This document shows, one piece after another, positions 61,144 to 64,000 of a stretch of DNA of 64,000 nt (position 1 is the stretch's first letter; each line of letters starts with the position of its first letter). Location of the stretch: positions 1 through 64,000 of the forward strand of contig DAHWNL010000078.1 in NCBI GenBank assembly GCA_027339965.1, given 5' to 3'. This DNA comes from Granulicella sp. (GTDB lineage Bacteria > Acidobacteriota > Terriglobia > Terriglobales > Acidobacteriaceae). The position numbers and the translations under genes are program-made. The notes beneath the pieces are model-generated. The model had not been told where the DNA came from. It saw nothing but the letters and a program-made list of their open reading frames with translations, and did not search any database.

Positions 61144-61458
61144 TTACTTATTGAAGCAACTCCTTCCGCGAGGACCGTGATCTCCAGCAGCCTTGGCCTC
61201 CACCTCGGTCATGTACTTTCCATTCCTCGTCCGGCCGTAGTAGCGGTCACCGGGACAGTGGTAGACATGGGTGGACAGGTTCACCCAAACCTTGTCCGGC
61301 GCTGCTCCAGGAGCCTGTTTTGCGGCCGGCTGAAATGGAGAGTGCTTTGTGCTTGAAGGATGGGCGTCGGCGCCGGCTGTTTGAGCGGAAAGCGTGAGTG
61401 AGCAAGCCACCAGGAAGGCGGACGAGAACAGCGCAGAGAACAGGAAACGAGGCTGCAT
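61144..61458 (-). CDS. Small secreted protein with VWVN..T.VYHC...YYG.T..G.YM.E.EA motif (Ada-like metal-binding family)
   Basis: Signal peptide and conserved-looking C-terminal motif. GGAGA RBS. Confidence 0.7.
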   Translation of the reverse strand: MQPRFLFSALFSSAFLVACSLTLSAQTAGADAHPSSTKHSPFQPAAKQAPGAAPDKVWVNLSTHVYHCPGDRYYGRTRNGKYMTEVEAKAAGDHGPRGRSCFNK

Positions 61459-61674
61459 GGATTCTCCTGGGAAAATGAAGTCTGGGGTGAATCCCCCGAA
61501 CATGCTGGTAAAAGCTGAGATGCCGGAGAACGCAACCGGATGTACCACGATATTGACCCGCTGCACTCCACGGTAACGGGAAGCCGGGATCTTTGCCGAG
61601 CACGCGCCGGCCTTCATTGGTGGACTCGCCTGAGACCGGATGCGGCCGCAAAGAGATGAAATAAACTTGTCTTG

Positions 61675-62721
61675 ATGCTGATCGACGGAATTCATATCCC
61701 TTTGACGGCGCCGTTTACCCGGGACGGCGGCTGCTATCTGCACAAGCTGGAGTATAACGTTCGGCGCTACTGCTTGACCCCAGCCTCGGGGCTGGTTGCT
61801 TTGAGCTCGGAGATGGAGGGAGCCGCGCTGAGCGATGCGGAGACCGCCGAGGCGCTGCGGGTGATCGGAGCGGTAGCCGATCCAGCCAAAGTGCTCGTGG
61901 CTGCGGTGGCCAAAGATAGCGTGCGCAGCGCGCTCTCTGTTGCAGAGATGGCGGCCCGGGAGGGGTTTGATCTGCTGCTGCTCGCCGCCCCGCCTCAGTG
62001 GGAGTGCCTGAGCGAGCAGGAAGTGATGCTCCATTTCCAGGCGATTGCGGACAGGTCGCCGCTTCCCATTGCTCTCGGCAGCGGGGCCCGGCGGCAAGGA
62101 TATCGGCTGAGCGTGGATGAGATTGCCGATCTGGCGCGGCACAACAATGTGCTGGGCCTCTACGACCATGGATTGACGGTGGAGCGCTTTCGCGCCATCG
62201 CAGCGGCCACAGGCGGGGTGCGAAGAGATGTGGTGGTGACGAACGTCTTTGCCCCTGTGACCCGGCGAATGGTGTGCAAAGGCGAGACGGAGGAGGCCGG
62301 GTTTGTAGCTGCGGCTTCGATCGGAAGCGCAGGCGCGGGGATGACTGCGCCCAAGCGTGTACTGAAAACGCGCACCAAGCCGGTTGGCTTCCAGGTGATG
62401 GCCACGGGCAGAACGGCCGGTTTTGCGGATCTGTTGACGTCGGGTTTGGCTGGTGCAATGCTCTCTCTGGCAGCCTGCTCCCCGCAGGCCTGCTATGAGG
62501 TTTATGCTGCGTTCAAGGATGGCGATCCGGCGCTTGCGGAGGAAAAGGTACGCCGACTGGCAGAGGCTGATGCAAGGCTTGATCGCCTGGGAGTCGGCGG
62601 GGTCAAGTACGGGTGCGATTACAACGGCTACTACGGTGGGGAGCCGCGTTTGCCGCGTCTGCCCCTGAATGCGGAGGAGCGAGCGAGCCTGGAGCGGGCG
62701 CTGTCAGGGATCCGGAATTAG
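61675..62721 (+). CDS. Dihydrodipicolinate synthase (DapA/NAL)-fold protein lacking catalytic residues
   Basis: GIHIPLTAPF, KLEYNV.RY, F.AIADRSPLP and GVKY..D.NGYYGG.PRLPRLPL motifs. Confidence 0.8.
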   Translation: MLIDGIHIPLTAPFTRDGGCYLHKLEYNVRRYCLTPASGLVALSSEMEGAALSDAETAEALRVIGAVADPAKVLVAAVAKDSVRSALSVAEMAAREGFDLLLLAAPPQWECLSEQEVMLHFQAIADRSPLPIALGSGARRQGYRLSVDEIADLARHNNVLGLYDHGLTVERFRAIAAATGGVRRDVVVTNVFAPVTRRMVCKGETEEAGFVAAASIGSAGAGMTAPKRVLKTRTKPVGFQVMATGRTAGFADLLTSGLAGAMLSLAACSPQACYEVYAAFKDGDPALAEEKVRRLAEADARLDRLGVGGVKYGCDYNGYYGGEPRLPRLPLNAEERASLERALSGIRN

Positions 62722-62940
62722 AACGACCGCGTGCTCGCAATGCGCGAACTCCAACCCAACTCGGCAACCACCTTGGCTGCCGAAATCCCGGGAACTCCGC
62801 GCAACCGGTGCGGGCCGTGGATCACCACCTGCATCGCCGGCTCCGCTCGGCTTGTGGCTCCGGACTCTGCTTCGCTCCTTCGGCTCACAGGGTCACCCAC
62901 GACCACCGCAGCGCAGCGGGGCCGATCACTCCATTTCGCA

Positions 62941-63333
62941 TTAGGGCGCGGCGAGCCATGCCGCTAACGCGGCCACTGCCTGTCCCAGGACGGCGATCCA
63001 GGCGATAAACCAGGTTCCGAGTAGAGGAGCCGCCAAAGGATACGCCCAAGCCAGAAAGGCGATCGGAGAGGCGATCCTATGGGCTCTGCGAACGGCTCCT
63101 GCCGGCGCTCGTTGCGCAAAATAAACGAAGGTCGCAAGCAGAAATAGCGCGATGGCGCCCACCGCGATCCAAGGGGAGAGTGCGGCGGGCGGCCTGGCGG
63201 CCACCAGGCTGTTGATCGTGATCGTGTACATGGCCACAATCTCGGCGGGGATGTACTTGGCCAGCCTTGTTCCAAAACCATCACCCCTCCCCTCGGAAGG
63301 ATCGGAATCTTTGGGAATGACGTAACGGCTCAT
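62941..63333 (-). CDS. Hypothetical four-TM membrane protein
   Basis: RLAKYIPAEIVA motif and hydrophobic helices. GGGAG RBS. Confidence 0.6.
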   Translation of the reverse strand: MSRYVIPKDSDPSEGRGDGFGTRLAKYIPAEIVAMYTITINSLVAARPPAALSPWIAVGAIALFLLATFVYFAQRAPAGAVRRAHRIASPIAFLAWAYPLAAPLLGTWFIAWIAVLGQAVAALAAWLAAP

Positions 63334-63459
63334 CGCTGTGCTCCCTGGAAAGGATAGATGCGAAGATAGATGCTTCAAAGGCCGCTTGCACCATCTTCTT
63401 GATTGTTTTTTTGAGAGCAGAAAAAACGGAGTGAGATTCTGACCTTGCCTATTTCCGCC

Positions 63460-64000
63460 TCAGCGCCGGGAGTGAAAGCCTTTGACCACGATGTCGTTAG
63501 CGTGGCCGCCCGAGGGCAGCATGGTAAACAGCGTCGGGCCGTTCTTCCCTTGCAGGCGAATCACCGCAACATCGGACGAACCCGTGTCGGCGATCAGCAG
63601 CAGTTGCTGGTCGGCAGAGAAGGCCAGAGTGTCCGGGTGCTCTCCCGTGCGGACACTACCCTCCACGCGGCCATCGTCGATGCTGTACAGGGCGGCTGAG
63701 TCCGCGCCGAAGTTGCTGACCCAGAGGCTGGAGTTGTCACTGCCGATGACCGCTCCGGAAGGCTTCGATCCGATGGGATAAGTTCCCAGTACCTCGTTGG
63801 TCCAGGTAGAGATCTCCGAGATGGTGTCCGAGCCGAAGTTGGTGCTGAAGACCTCATTGCCATTGGGCATGGCGGCGATTGTGGTCGGCGTGTCGCCAAC
63901 GTCTAGGAAGCAGAGCAGATGATCCTGCCGCAGGAAAGCATCCTGCTTGCCGCGCCAAGATCGGGGCGAGGCGGAAAGCCACACGACCATCACCCGATGA
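63460..64000 (-). CDS. YncE/YVTN-type beta-propeller protein, C-terminal part (5' end lies outside the window)
   Basis: Repeated V.NFGSD/TISEI, G..P...A and ADTGSSDVAVI blade motifs. Confidence 0.75.
   Translation of the reverse strand, partial: HRVMVVWLSASPRSWRGKQDAFLRQDHLLCFLDVGDTPTTIAAMPNGNEVFSTNFGSDTISEISTWTNEVLGTYPIGSKPSGAVIGSDNSSLWVSNFGADSAALYSIDDGRVEGSVRTGEHPDTLAFSADQQLLLIADTGSSDVAVIRLQGKNGPTLFTMLPSGGHANDIVVKGFHSRR

Overview
GC-rich bacterial chromosome segment, most likely from an Acidobacteriaceae-type organism. This assignment is inferred from the style of the ClpC, ArgS, TonB-receptor and DapA-like proteins. Most of the window is housekeeping: tRNA-Lys(TTT), argS, a pabB-pabC fusion, an EF-P paralogue, 2-oxoacid:ferredoxin oxidoreductase alpha/beta, lolC/E and lolD, clpC, tig-clpP-clpX-lon, dapB, lysC, asd and nrdR. 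The outstanding feature is a block of about 6 kb between lolC/E and lolD. It encodes a Cyc2-type outer-membrane monoheme cytochrome-porin, a Tat-exported Rieske protein, and a cytochrome b fused to four tandem monoheme c domains on long Ala/Pro linkers. This is a candidate envelope-spanning electron conduit linking extracellular iron to the quinone pool. Other observations: three intact ORFs that appear to have lost catalytic residues (ThrC-like, DapA-like, mutarotase-like), two copies of a ~115 bp MITE-like element, decayed GH28 and ATPase/DUF4276 loci, an EfpL-type loop in the EF-P paralogue, and many apparently leaderless genes. All calls come from motif recognition by eye; no database searches were run.
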